64,000 bases of DNA from positions 18,476,001 through 18,540,000 of the forward strand of contig JBHGNT010000012.1 of assembly GCA_043228905.1 (NCBI GenBank), read 5' to 3'. Shown here piece by piece: positions 13,331 to 25,394 of the stretch. The notes below the pieces were generated by a model that saw nothing but the letters and a program-made list of their open reading frames with translations, ran no database searches and had not been told where the DNA came from. The translations under genes and the position numbers were made by a program. Positions within the stretch are counted from its first letter, which is position 1; each line of letters starts with the position of its first letter. The DNA comes from Azolla caroliniana. Lineage: Eukaryota > Plantae > Polypodiophyta.

Positions 13331-15133
13331 TTATTGCGTAGTGTCTTCAGTACTCCCCCTCAAGCTTTGCAAGTCAGGGATCGTCAATCTGAGATCGGTC
13401 ATGAATTGCCATAGCTTGTCGACTCCTAAGGCTTTAGTGAAGATGTCAGCCGTTTGAAGATTTGTGCTAATGTGTTGTAGGTCGACATCGCCAGCTAGAA
13501 CGCACTCTCGAATGAAGTGATAGTGCACTTCGATGTGCTTTGTCCACCCGTGGAACACCGGGTTCCGAGCCAGATAGATACTGCTCATGTTGTCGCAGTA
13601 AAGGGAAGACAGATCCTTGATGGGTACACCCATATCCTTCAGTATCCTTTTGAGCCATACGGCTTCACATGCGGCCACTGCCGCATCCCTGTATTCCGCC
13701 TTTGTGCTCGAAAGAGCGACGATTGGTTGCTTTTTGCTACTCCAAGATATTGCTCCGCTGCTGAGGGAAAAAACAAATCCGGAGGTTGATCTTTTGTCGG
13801 CTTTGTAGCCGGCCCAATCAGCGTCTGTCGTCGTATTGGCATCGCGGTCTTGTAGAGGATGCCGCAATCCATTGTGCCGCTCACGTATCGTAGAACTCAC
13901 TTAGCGCAATCCAAGTGAGTATCACGCGGTGTTTGCATGAATTGACTAAGGAGACCGACCTGATAACTGAGATCGGATCGAGTGATCTTGAGGTAGATGA
14001 GACTCCCGATGAGTTGCTGATACTGAGTCGGCTCACACGCTTTGGTGCCAAAGTTCGCATCTAGTTTGAGATTGCAATCGAGCGGGGTTGACGCGGATTT
14101 GCACTCAACCATACCGAACTTGTATAACAAGTTGAGGATGTAGTGCCATTGAGAGATCATGATTCCGGCCGGAGTCCGAATTACCTCGATGCCGAGGAAG
14201 TAGTGGAGCTCCTTCATGTCCATCATCTTGAACTTGTCGGAAAGGAGGGTTTTGACCTTATTGATTTCAACGAGATGCTCGCCTCCAATGACTAGGTCAT
14301 CCACATATAAGATGATGACGATCGGACTTGTGGAATCGCTTCGTATGTAGAGGGAGTTGTCCGATTTTGACATACGGAAGCCGATTTGGTGAAGATATTG
14401 TGTTATCTTCGAATGCCAAGCATGCGGTGCTTGCTTGAGGCCGTAGAGTGGCTTCTTGAGTCGGCATACAACTTTCAGATGGGTGCTCGAGTTGAAGCCG
14501 GGTGGTTGTATCATGTACACCTCTTCTAATTCGCCTTGTAGAAAGGTGTTCTTGACGTCCATTTGATGGAGGTGCCACCCTTTCACCGCGGCAAGCGCAA
14601 TTACGATCCGTACCGTCGTCATCTTTGCCACTGGGGCAAAGGTCTCCTCATAGTCAACTCCGTGCGTTTGGGCGTAGCCTTTCGCTACAAGTCGTGCTTT
14701 GTAGCGGTTGACGGAACCGTCGGCATTGTACTTCACTTTGTAAATCCATCTGCATCCGATCACCTTTTTGTGTGGTGAGGTGGGAACGAGATCCCATGTC
14801 TCGTTCTTGCGTAGTGCCTACATCTCCTCGTTCATGGCTTCGATCCATCGAGGATCCTTGGCTGCTTCGGAAAATGTTTCCGGCTCGCGTACTGTCGCCA
14901 CCTTCATCATAAAGGCATAGTGATATGCCATGTAGTCGTTGTAGCCAAATCGACTGACCAGATTCTTTTCACGGGTGGAGCGACAAAGCTTTTCATTTGC
15001 AGAGATGAGGGCTTTCTTAGCTACGATTGGTACATCGAAGCCGCCGAACTCACTGTCAAGTGAGTGAGTCGACTCATCGTCTTCGTATTCCAACATTTTC
15101 GCCTTGCCTTTGTCCATCTTCGGGCTAGGCCGT
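13331..15133 (-). pseudogene. Copia2 RT and RNase H
   Basis: [60 protein letters not shown] end; stops and frameshifts. Confidence 0.93.
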
Positions 15134-15750
15134 TGTCGTGAAGAAAACCGTCCACGAGCGGAATCGGTGCGCCGGAGCATAGGAACCGGCTCTTCATGCA
15201 CGTACGCCTTACGTTGTACATAGAAGATCCTAGGTAGGAAGATTCGGTAGGTAAGAAGTTAATAGGAAACGGCTCCCTTCATGCCTATAAAAGGAGGGAG
15301 ACGAGGAGGAGGAAGATATAGCGAAGTAAGAGAGGACGAAGTGTTGTCGGATTGTGGGCCGAAGGCTTCTCTCTCTTCCAAACTCCATAGCTCCTTTCTG
15401 TGCAGGTTTCGGGAGGCTCGCGCTGCTCTGAGGAATGCCCGAGTGCTTTCGGCAGCACCTCCAACCTACTCCTTTCTTTCTGTGCGTTTACGAAGAGGCA
15501 TCGGCATCTGTTCGCCGGCCTGTTCGGTTGTAACCGACTTCGTCCTCTTGTTGTTTTGTCTTTGTTAATACATACATACATTCGTGTCTCTATGTGTCGC
15601 TGTCCCACTCGCGTCTTTGGGTCGAAGGGCCGTGTCCCTGTGGATCTACGCTCGCACGTAGCGGGTCTCTTCTCCTTTCTCTCTTGCTCTTCGGTATAGG
15701 ACCCCCGAGGTCCCGCCTCGTTCCACGCATCCGCGAGGAATACCTCGACA
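15134..15750 (+). repeat. 5' LTR of element D
   Basis: TGTCG...CGACA; TATAAAA at ~15286. Confidence 0.95.
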
Positions 15751-15753
15751 TCT

Positions 15754-15770
15754 TGGTGAACCCGACGTGA
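15754..15770 (+). promoter_or_regulatory. Primer-binding site, tRNA-Trp type (element D)
   Basis: TGGTGAACCCGACGTGA complements the plant cytosolic tRNA-Trp 3' end (..UCACGUCGGGUUCACCA, recalled). Same site in F (22253-22269, one mismatch) and G (45451-45467, -). Confidence 0.85.
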
Positions 15771-15793
15771 AGGAGGCGGCAGAAGAGCAAAAG

Positions 15794-18700
15794 ATGAAGG
15801 GGTCGGATCTGGCAGAGGCCATGGCTTCGGCCGTGGATCGGATATTGAGTGCACGCGAGGGCACCGGCGCCCTCGATAGAGCCATTGAGGCGGTCGTCGG
15901 TACGATCGGCCGGTTCAGCGGAAAGGATGCCACGAAGTATTTGGCGTCCTACGGGGCAGAAATGCTGATGCGGGACATTCCGGAAGAGAGGCGTCTTGCC
16001 GGGTTTCCTCCAGTGGCGATGCCGAGCATCCATGCGGAGGTGCTCGAGGTGCGGGCGGAGAGCCGTACCTGGGAGGAGTTCGAAGGCCGACTCCTAGAAA
16101 AATACGGTGTCGTGACGTGGCTCGCCTAGAAGCGTAGCGTTGCGCACACAAAGGATAACGTGAAAGTGAGGAAGGAATCACTGGGATTATGGACGGAAGA
16201 GACGAAAGAGTAGAGATGGAGTGTTTAGAGATCAATAAGATATGACAAAATAGGATGTTTAAGGAATATAAGATAAGACAAGATAAGATATAAAATAATA
16301 TATGAGAAAGTGTATGAAATTTATAATCATTTTCTTGAAAGAGTTACAAAATGATTGTACACGTCGTTGATCCTCCGAACTTTGTCTTGCAAGGTAATCG
16401 CTCTTCTCTTTCTTGATCGTAGACCACTACAATCTTCACTTCAATATTTTGATGAAGATAAGGCTCGAACCGCCTCCCTCTTGTTGAGAGTTGACCACCA
16501 CGACCGCCAAGCTAGAGCTCCACCTTTTTCTTGACTTCTTCCTTTCTTTCTCTATTTTATGATATCTCTTATGTAATATATATTTGATTGATATCTCATA
16601 CCTATCCCCTTTGATCTTCTCTTTCACCATTTAAATAGGTGCCCCCATGCATATGATGCATTGGAGGATACAAGTCATGCATGTAGTGCATGAAATGCAT
16701 GTGATGCATGATCGCCATTTGGCGTTCATGCATTACATGTGATGCATGATAAACATCTCGCTCATTTGAGCTTTTATGTATGAAACAATATATGCAATAA
16801 CAATAAACATGAAAATATAATCTTAAAGAGAAAGGGCCTAGCCTAATGGTAGGTGTGTTGACTTTGGTGTATGAGGTTGTTGGTTCGAGTCTCAAAATAC
16901 TACAACATACAACTTTATTTTTATATCATGAAGCAAATCCTTTATGTAATATAAACTATATATAAAGTATGCTTTATTGTATGTAAATTACTAGTATAGA
17001 GTAAATGGTAAGATTTGAGAGTCATAGGGTGGGCTTATTGGTTCAAGTCCTCTCTTGTTCGTGTAATATAATATATTTATCTATATATATATATTATTTT
17101 TCTTTACATATATATAATATTATCATATGTGTTGTTATAAAACATTATCAAATGTTATTTTAGTTACATATTTATCTTATTGTAGACTTTTAATGTGAAG
17201 CTTTCGTACTTCACGACAACGGGTTGGACGACGCGCTCCGGCTTTCGAAACGGGACTTCATGGAATGGGTGGAGTCCCCCGGCAAGGGAAGAAATGCGTC
17301 GGCACTCCTCCGGGAGTTCGAAGAACGCTTTGCGCGCCTTTCGGCGCTTGACCGAACCGTTCTGGATACGAGCCGGGTCCTATTGTTCGTCAAGTCGGTG
17401 GACGAGCGGGACCGGGATCAAGTCGGCTCTTTGCTGGAAACCGAAGACGGGCTAACGACCGACTGGGCTGCGGTTAAGAGAGTCTGTGGCCGTTTCAACA
17501 AACGGCTAGAATGGGCTGACAACGGGGCGGCTGGTGCGGGCTCTGTCACAGCAAGGAGGCTTGAACCGGCACCACAAGGGCGAAGGGAAGAAACCCGAGA
17601 ATGGCTAGAAACCGGTCCGGCTTCGACCGGCATGGTTAGTGGCTCGTCCGGAGGAGCAGCGCTGGAGGAGTTGACGTGGGCGATAAAGGATCTCCAGATC
17701 GCCCAGACTCGAAGGGAAGGCGGCGAACCGGCTCGTGACCGACGGCCGGTAGCAGGGAACAGGTGCATGTGGTGCGACGAGGTCGGCCACATCCGGAAGG
17801 ACTGCGGCGATTTCGCTGAGGCGTTGAGGAACCGGGTGGTGTACCTGTGGGAAGGCCGGGTGCACGCCGGCGATACCAGAAGGGCCCTAAACCGAAACGA
17901 CGGGCGAGGAGGTATGAAAAGAATGATGGAAGAGGCAGCGGCCCGACACGTGGAGGCCATCCACTACTCGGCGTCGGCCGGCATTCGGGTCGGGGGCAGC
18001 GAGGCCCGAAAGGAGGGCAAAGATGGATTCTGGTCGGCAATGCTGGGAGGTCTTGCCGGCACACGAGTGAGGAAAGATGAAACGGACCACGCTGAAAGAC
18101 GGGTCTGGGAAATAACTGGGTGGAGCGATCCGGTCGAGGAGAAGACGGGCTTCGTAGAAGCCGCCTGCCGGAACTACGAGGCTCTGGTAGAAGACAAACG
18201 AGTGGGGAAAGCCAGAGCGGCCGGGCCCTCACAACGGTACGAGACCCGATTCGGGCAACGACGGAACGATGCCGGTGGGTCCAGCTCGCAGGATAACCCC
18301 AGGAAGGGCGGATACGGACTGGGGACGGAAATAGAAAGGACCACGGACCTACGAAAGGTCCTAGAAGAGCGGATCCTCGACAGCAAAGTGTAGCTGTCAT
18401 TGCGGGAGGTGCTAGGGATCGCTAAGAAGGAGTTCCACGATTCCATTGTTGACTTGGTGAAGCGGAAGAGGCTGTCGACGGAGATGGAACCGGAAAGGCC
18501 GGTGGAGGTGCGGACGACGCACATCGACGATTTGGCGCTGGAAGATGAGTGGGCGGAGAGCCACTATTCGAGGCCACACTGAGCCCGAGCGACCACGGAG
18601 ACCCTGGTAAAGATCGGAGATGTTCAGGAACCGGTGGTGGCATTGGTGGACCACGGTTCGGAAATAAACCTGATGTCCATGGACTTCTATAAGAAGGGAA

Positions 18701-21544
18701 AGTGGCCGATCAACACCAAGCACGGGTGGAAGATACGGGCGGCGACACGCGCCACCGAGGAACTGCACGGGGCCTGCCCGAACGTGCGAGTTAAGATCGG
18801 CGACGTCGAGATTGACCAGCACTTCTTCGTATAGGAGACGTCCTCGCACCTGGTCATATTAGGGGAACCATACATCATGGCGGCGCGAATGGAGACCAAG
18901 GTGCTGGACAACGGTTCGGCCTACGCGAGGGTCAAAAGCCAGGACGGGAAGGTAAGGCCAGTCGCGGCACCCTTACCGGAGGGCAGCAAGTCCCGGATCA
19001 GAGGGGTTGCGTCGGACCCCAGTTTACGAGATCCGGTCTGCATAGGACACACCTTCACCGACGGAACGCTCCGGGAGCTCAAAATTGGTGGGGGCGGGTT
19101 CCTACTGCCGGCGGAGGAAGACCGGTTTCGGAGAATGCTTGGAAGGCACGGGAAAGCCTTCGCATTCTCGCCGGAAGAGATCGGGTGCGTAGACCCGACA
19201 ATCGTGGAGCCGATGGTGATATTCACGGTACCACATGTACCGTGGAATCTCAAGCCGATTCCAGTACCGAGAGCTCACATCCCGAAGTTGATGGAGCTAT
19301 TGAGGCAGAAAGTCGATATGGGTATTCTCGAACCGTCGAGCGCGCCATACTCGAACCGATGGTTTACCGTACCAAAGAAAAACGTAACATTGCGCTTCAT
19401 TCAGGACCTGCAGCTGGTCAACAGAGTGACCATTCGGAACGCAGGAATCGGACCGACCATAGACGAGTTCGCGGAGGCCTTCGCCGGGAGGTCGATTTAC
19501 TCGGTCGGTGATCTGTACTCGGGGTACGACCAGTTCCAGCTAGCCGTGGAGAGCAGGGACATTACGACGATGCGAACTCCCCTCGGCCTAGTGCGAATGT
19601 GTACCCTGCCATAAGGAGGGACCAACTCGGTGGCCCACATGGTGAATGCAATGAACAAGGTACTGAGGGATTGTATCCCGGACATCACCATGCCATTTCT
19701 AGACGACATCCCGATAAAGGGGTGCCCGGTGGAAGAGAAGGACGCGACACTCGGACCGGATGGATGCCGGCGATTCGTGGCAGCACACATCGACGACTGC
19801 GAGAAGGTGCTACAAAGGCTAGAGGATGCGAGGCTCACCTTCTCCAGGGAGAAATCGGCCTTCGGGCAATCAGAAATCCTGGTGGTCGGACACCTATGTG
19901 GACCATATGGCCGGAAGCTGTCTCCGGCAAAAGTAGAAGCCATCTCCGCGATGAAGACCGACTATAGCTCGGTTACGGAAGTTCGGAGGTTCCTGGGGGC
20001 ATGCGCATTCTACCACATATGGATCCCACACTACGCCCACGTTGCGGAGCCGCTATACGGGTTGCTGAAGAAGGGGCGGAAATTCGAGTGGTGAGACGAG
20101 CACACGGAGTCGGTCCGGAAGCTGAAGGAAGCTCTTGCGGCAGCACCGGCGCTCCGGAAGGTTGTCTACGAGAAGGGTACCCCGGTATACATAACGGTGG
20201 ACACGAGTCCGACCGGGATCGGATGGGTCGTCAACCAAGAAGACAAGGACGGCATTCGGTTCCCGATCCGATTCGGCGCGAAGGTCCTCAGTGAGCGACA
20301 GCGAGGGTACGCCCAGGTTAAACGCGAACTCTGGGGTATCGTTTCGGCAGTAAAGGCCGACAAAGACTACCTGATCGAGAGGAAAGTGATTATCGAGACG
20401 GATTGCCTGCCAATTCTCGGCATGGTTTCCGGATGCGCGACACCGGACCTGGCAATGCTCAGGTGGATAACGTACATCAAGTCCCTGGATCCGGAAATAC
20501 GACACATTTCCGGAAAGGACAACGCCATGGCCGACATGCTTTCGAGGGCGAGGTTTGATGACAAGGGCGGCATGGTTTCGGAGGACGAAGAAGTCGGCGT
20601 GGACTTCTTCGAGGCGGCGTACGTGACGACCGATGGGACGAGCACTCCGGCACTTAACGACTTCGACAAGAGCAAGTACGACGGCGAGTGGCTCCAGATC
20701 GGTGGATTTTTGAGGACAATGACGCCGGATGCGTCATGGGCGAAGGACGAGGCCAACCGGATCCGGAAGAAAGCTTACCGATTCTTTCTCCGGGACGGAT
20801 ACTTGTGGAAGCACCCGAAGAAGAGGAACGGCGTCCCGCTCCGGGTGGTGGCGATGAAGGAAGAACAGGAGGAGCTGCTGATAGCCTACCACGACAGCCC
20901 TTGGGCCGGACACCGTGGAACCTGGGCCACGTTCGAGAAGATAAAGGGGAAGTACTGGTGGCCGGGACTGTACCGGGACGTGCATCGGTTCGTGACAACT
21001 TGCGAGAGCTGTCAGATGCACTCCATAGTCCGACACCGGGACGAACTTCACCCTACGTACCCTCCGACCATCCACTTCAAATGGATGGTAGACCTGGTGA
21101 CGATGCCGATGGGAGTAGGACAGATGCGGTATCTGGTCCTGGCTCGGGAAGATTTGACGAACCAGGTGGAAGGTCGGGCCCTTCAGAACAAAACGACTAC
21201 AGCCGTATGTCGGTTCCTGCTCAAGGACGTAATATGCCGGTACAGGTGCGTCGGGAAGATCGTGGCTGATCGCGGGGAGTTGGACGCCGAAGAGGCCGAG
21301 GAGTTGTTCGACCGGTTAGCTCTCGCTTACCACTGCGTACAATCCAGAGGCAAATGGAAAGGTGGAACGCGGACACGGACCGATCGTCAAGGCGTTAGTT
21401 CGGGCATGCGGAGGGCAAGTCGGGAACTGGCCACGGCTGCTGCCTTACGCGTTGTGGGCTGACCGAACTACGCACAGTTCGGTAACCGGATTCATGCCGG
21501 CAGAGCTCATGTTTGGGCAGAAGCCGGTCATGCCGATGGAACGT
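15794..21544 (+). pseudogene. Element D gag-PR-RT-RH-IN (split by E; continues at 47648-48121)
   Basis: CMWCDEVGHIRKDC, ALVDHGSEIN, DLYSGYDQF, MPFLDDIP, VDTSPTGIG, H..GH..CESC, WMVDL. Several in-frame stops. Confidence 0.92.
16108..17218 (-). mobile_element. Solo LTR E (1111 bp) in gag of D
   Basis: TGTCGTGA...TCACGACA inverted termini; TSD ACGG at 16104-16107 and 17219-17222; removal restores EKYGLDDAL. Orientation inferred from the order of TATA, ATGC repeats and tRNA-like boxes compared with F. Confidence 0.9.
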
Positions 21545-22248
21545 TGTCGTAGTGTATTCCACACACTACGTGAAAACCATAAAATAATATATCCGATTTT
21601 AGATACATATAAATAGATAAATAATATATCAAAAGAATTTATCACGTGCGTAGGGCAAGATTCGAACCATGCACCTCCACATAGATAAACCCCAACTTTA
21701 CCATTGTAATAACTTATCTTTAGTGTTATAAATATAGATTTAATACGTATAAGACCTTTATTTACACATACCTTTATTAAAAGGTAAAAATCATGTATTC
21801 TTTAGAGTGTGAATATTTTATTTACACGTGACATTAAAAGTGACTCATGCACATCTAGCGTGCATGAGCCCTATATTTAGGAAATGACAAAGCATCACAT
21901 GCACATTTAGTGTGCATGGACATTTTAGGTGAAAAAGCATGAAGCCATGCTTAGCCTCTTCCATCTTTATATAAGGAGGAGAGAAATATGTATAAGGTTG
22001 TTGATTAATATACAAGATTGGATCAATCTAATATATTCGTGGGATTCACGAATTTTGCCATCTAATTGCTCTAATAATCTAAATATTGTTTTAATTACAC
22101 TAAACTCGTGGGATTCACGAGATTGCTATCTTACTTCTCTTTCCACTATTCATAACTAGCCTTAAGTTGTATTCCTCTTCCTCCTAGTCAAAAACCTTGG
22201 CGGTTCCCACACGACTCACGCAACGATCCGGAGCCGAAGGGCACGACA
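21545..22248 (+). repeat. 5' LTR of element F
   Basis: Direct repeat of 46940-47643. Confidence 0.96.
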
Positions 22249-22287
22249 CAGTTGGTGAACCCAACGTGAAAACCGGGTGGCAAGGAG

Positions 22288-24331
22288 ATGGAAAATCAAC
22301 CAGAGGCTAGCAACATGATGATGATGTTCGAGCGCATGCTACAAGAACAACGCGCGATGTCGGAGATAGCGGCATCAGTGGAGCGGCTCGTGCAACGAAA
22401 CGGGCAATTCAACGGGAAAGACGTGTCGCGGTATCTTCGGGACTACAAGGCGGAGATGCTACGGTGCGGAATATCGGAAGGACTGCAAGTGACTTCCTTC
22501 AACCGGGTGGCGACCGACGGGCTTCAAGCAAGCATCCATGGGCTACGACAGCAAAATCCGACATGGGAGGCGTTTGAAGTAGAGTTAAAGAGGACGTTCG
22601 CCATCGAGGATTCCTCCAAGGCGACGCGAAGGGGATTCGAAGATTGGGTGGAGACGCCGGAGAAGGGATTGAAGGTCGTTGATGTGTCTTCGGCATTCGA
22701 AAGCCGGTTCGGGAGGTTGTCCGCGAGAGATCAAGCTATCCTCGTACCGGACAAGGTAATCATGTTCTTGCGAGCCGTGGACGTCCGGGACCGGAAAGAT
22801 CTCGGAGTGCTCTTGGAGGACACGACCACGGAGAGCGGCCTCACCGAAACATGGGAAAGCGTGCGGGATATCGTCGCGCGATACACGAAGAGGGGGCAAT
22901 GGCTTGCCGACGAGGAAAAGAGGGTTTCGGAACCGATTCCGAAACCGAGAACCGGATTGGAAGACCATCAACCGAGGGCTCGAGAGACTACAACCGAGAA
23001 GGGGATTGATGCATCTATGGTGGAGCAACTATTGAAGGAGATGGAGAATCTGAAGATCGCGATGGTGAAGAAGTCGGATGACCGCCCCACAAGCTCCAAG
23101 TATATGGACCGACGGTGCATATGGTGTGATAGCGCCGAACACGATCGGAGGGATTGCGACGAGCATAAGGAGGCGCTACGGCGGGATCTCATCTACTACG
23201 AGGGAAACCGGATTCATTCGATGGACTCTCGGAAGCCACTCCGACCGAACTTCCGGAAAGGCGGCATGAAGAAGGTGCTCGAGGAGGAATTGGCGGCAAG
23301 AAGCAACTATGCGACAACCGCGGGAATATGTGTCGGGGAGTCATCGAGAGCAAAGACGTCTTTTTGGCCGGAAGTTCTAGAAAACACCGAGAAAACAGAC
23401 TCCAACGAGATCCGAAGCACCGCGGAAGGCGTCCGGGAAGCTACGGGATGGGAGTGCCCTGTCGACAAGAATAGCATATACGCCCTGTGTCAATTGCATA
23501 AGGTGTATGTGGACGAGAAACGACGACGCACGGAGGATACGGCCGGGCCATCGAAGATACCGGAAAGCTGGAACTCCGGAGGTAAGGGAAAAGAAAAGGC
23601 GACTCCGGCATTCAAGCTCGCCTCGGACATAGAACAACAAACCGACTTGAAAAGAGTGTTCGAGGAAAGAATCTTGGATAGCCGGGTAGATTTCTCGCTT
23701 CGGGAGCTACTCGGAATAGCAAAGAAGGAGTTCCACGATTATTCTCGTGGATCTCGTGAAGCGAAAAAGACAAAGTACGGAGGAAAATGCTCCAAGGGTG
23801 AATGCGAACACCGTTTTAATGAACGACACTGGAGTGGAGGACGAAATTCCGAACTCCCACTATACAAGGCCACATTGGGCACGCGCGACTACGGAGACTC
23901 CGGTCCGAATCGGCAACATCAAAGAACCCGTGCTAGCATTGATTGATCACGGATCGGAGATCAACTTGATGTCCAAGGAGTTCTACCGGAAGGGGAAGTG
24001 GCCTATTAACACCAACCATGGATGGAAGATTCGGGCGGCCACCAAAGCAACGGAAGATCTATTTGCGGCTTGTCCGGATGTGACGGTGAAGATCGAGGAT
24101 GTCGAGATCGACCAAAATTTCTTCGTGCAAGATGAGGTTTCACATTCCGTCATCCTCGGCCAACCCTTTATCACGGCATCACGGATGGAGACGAAGGTGC
24201 TCGATAGCGGTGCGGCTTTTGCGCGAATTCGGAGCCAAAACGGTGGGAAATCCATCCAATTCCTAACGGTGCGGGCAAATCACGAAAGGAACAAGAGGGA
24301 ACTCTTGTCACAAGTGAGAATGGATTTTTAA
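22288..24331 (+). pseudogene. Element F Gag-protease ORF (1-bp insertion near 23741)
   Basis: ORFs 22288-23946 and 23747-24331 together equal the G Gag-PR. CIWCDSAEHDRRDC knuckle, ALIDHGSEIN, ends VRMDF-stop. Confidence 0.9.
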
Positions 24332-25394
24332 AGCGGACTGTTGCGGAGTGGGGAAGTGATAGTCCGAGAAGCCCTGATACCCCACACAGGAAGAAAACTC
24401 TCAGAGCAAAACATGTACGAATCGGTCCGGATGGGGCATCTACGTACACGACCGTAACCGGAGGATTGAAGAAAGGATACCGACAAGTGGAGGATAAGTT
24501 GCGGTCGGCATCAATAATAAAAGAAGATGAAGAAATTGTGGGGATAGTCGAAGAAGTGTTCTATGGGAGCACGCTACAACGACTTGAAGAGCTTGCGGAA
24601 GATAAAACTCAAGGGAACCGGGTAGTCCCGGTGGAATCGGTCGAGATGTACGAGATCATTGCGAAAATGGAGCCGGATACGCTCCGCAAAGAAGAAGCAA
24701 TGGTAAGTACGAAATACAAGACCGTGGAGAAGAAGGTGAAACCGGCCGCGGGACCACTACCCGCCGATAGCGAACAAAAGAGGAAAGAAGTCTCGGGAGA
24801 CCCGACACTTCGGAAGACCGTGGGTATCCGACATGCCTTCACGCATGAGACCCGGAAGAAACTTCGGATCGGTGGAGGTGGGTTCCTATTACAAAAAGAA
24901 GAAGAACGGTTTCGTGAGATGTTGGAGCAACATGGCAAAGCGTTTGCATTTACATCAAGGGAGATAGGGTGCGTCGATCCAAGAATAGTGGAGCCGATGG
25001 TGATCTTCACGATTGACCATGCACCGTGGAACCTGAAGCCGATTCCGGTGCCACGAGCGCATATTCCGAAAGTCATTGACTTGCTCAAGGAGAAGGTGGC
25101 GATGGGGATTCTAGAGCCATCAACTGCTCCGTACTCAAATCGATGGTTTACGGTTCCGAAGAAGAATGGGTCACTCCGATTTATCCAAGACTTGCAACCG
25201 GTGAATAAGGTCACGATCCGGAACTCGGGAGTCGGTCCGATAGTGGACAAATTTGCGGAAGCTTTTGCCGGTCGTGCGATATACTCCATCGGAGACCTAT
25301 ACTCGGGGTATGACCAATTCCAACTAGCCGTGGAGAGCCGAGACATCACAACCATGCGAACACCGATAGGATTAGTCCGAATGTGCACACTACC

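Noticed and set aside
14818-15201. Paralogous short ORFs at 14818-15201 and 47855-48262, and other duplicated small ORFs
   Set aside because: They are translations of paired LTRs reading into flanking DNA.
17418-21269. Many long antisense or alternative-frame ORFs in D (also F, G and Copia4)
   Set aside because: Expected shadows of GC-rich coding sequence; no recognisable motifs.
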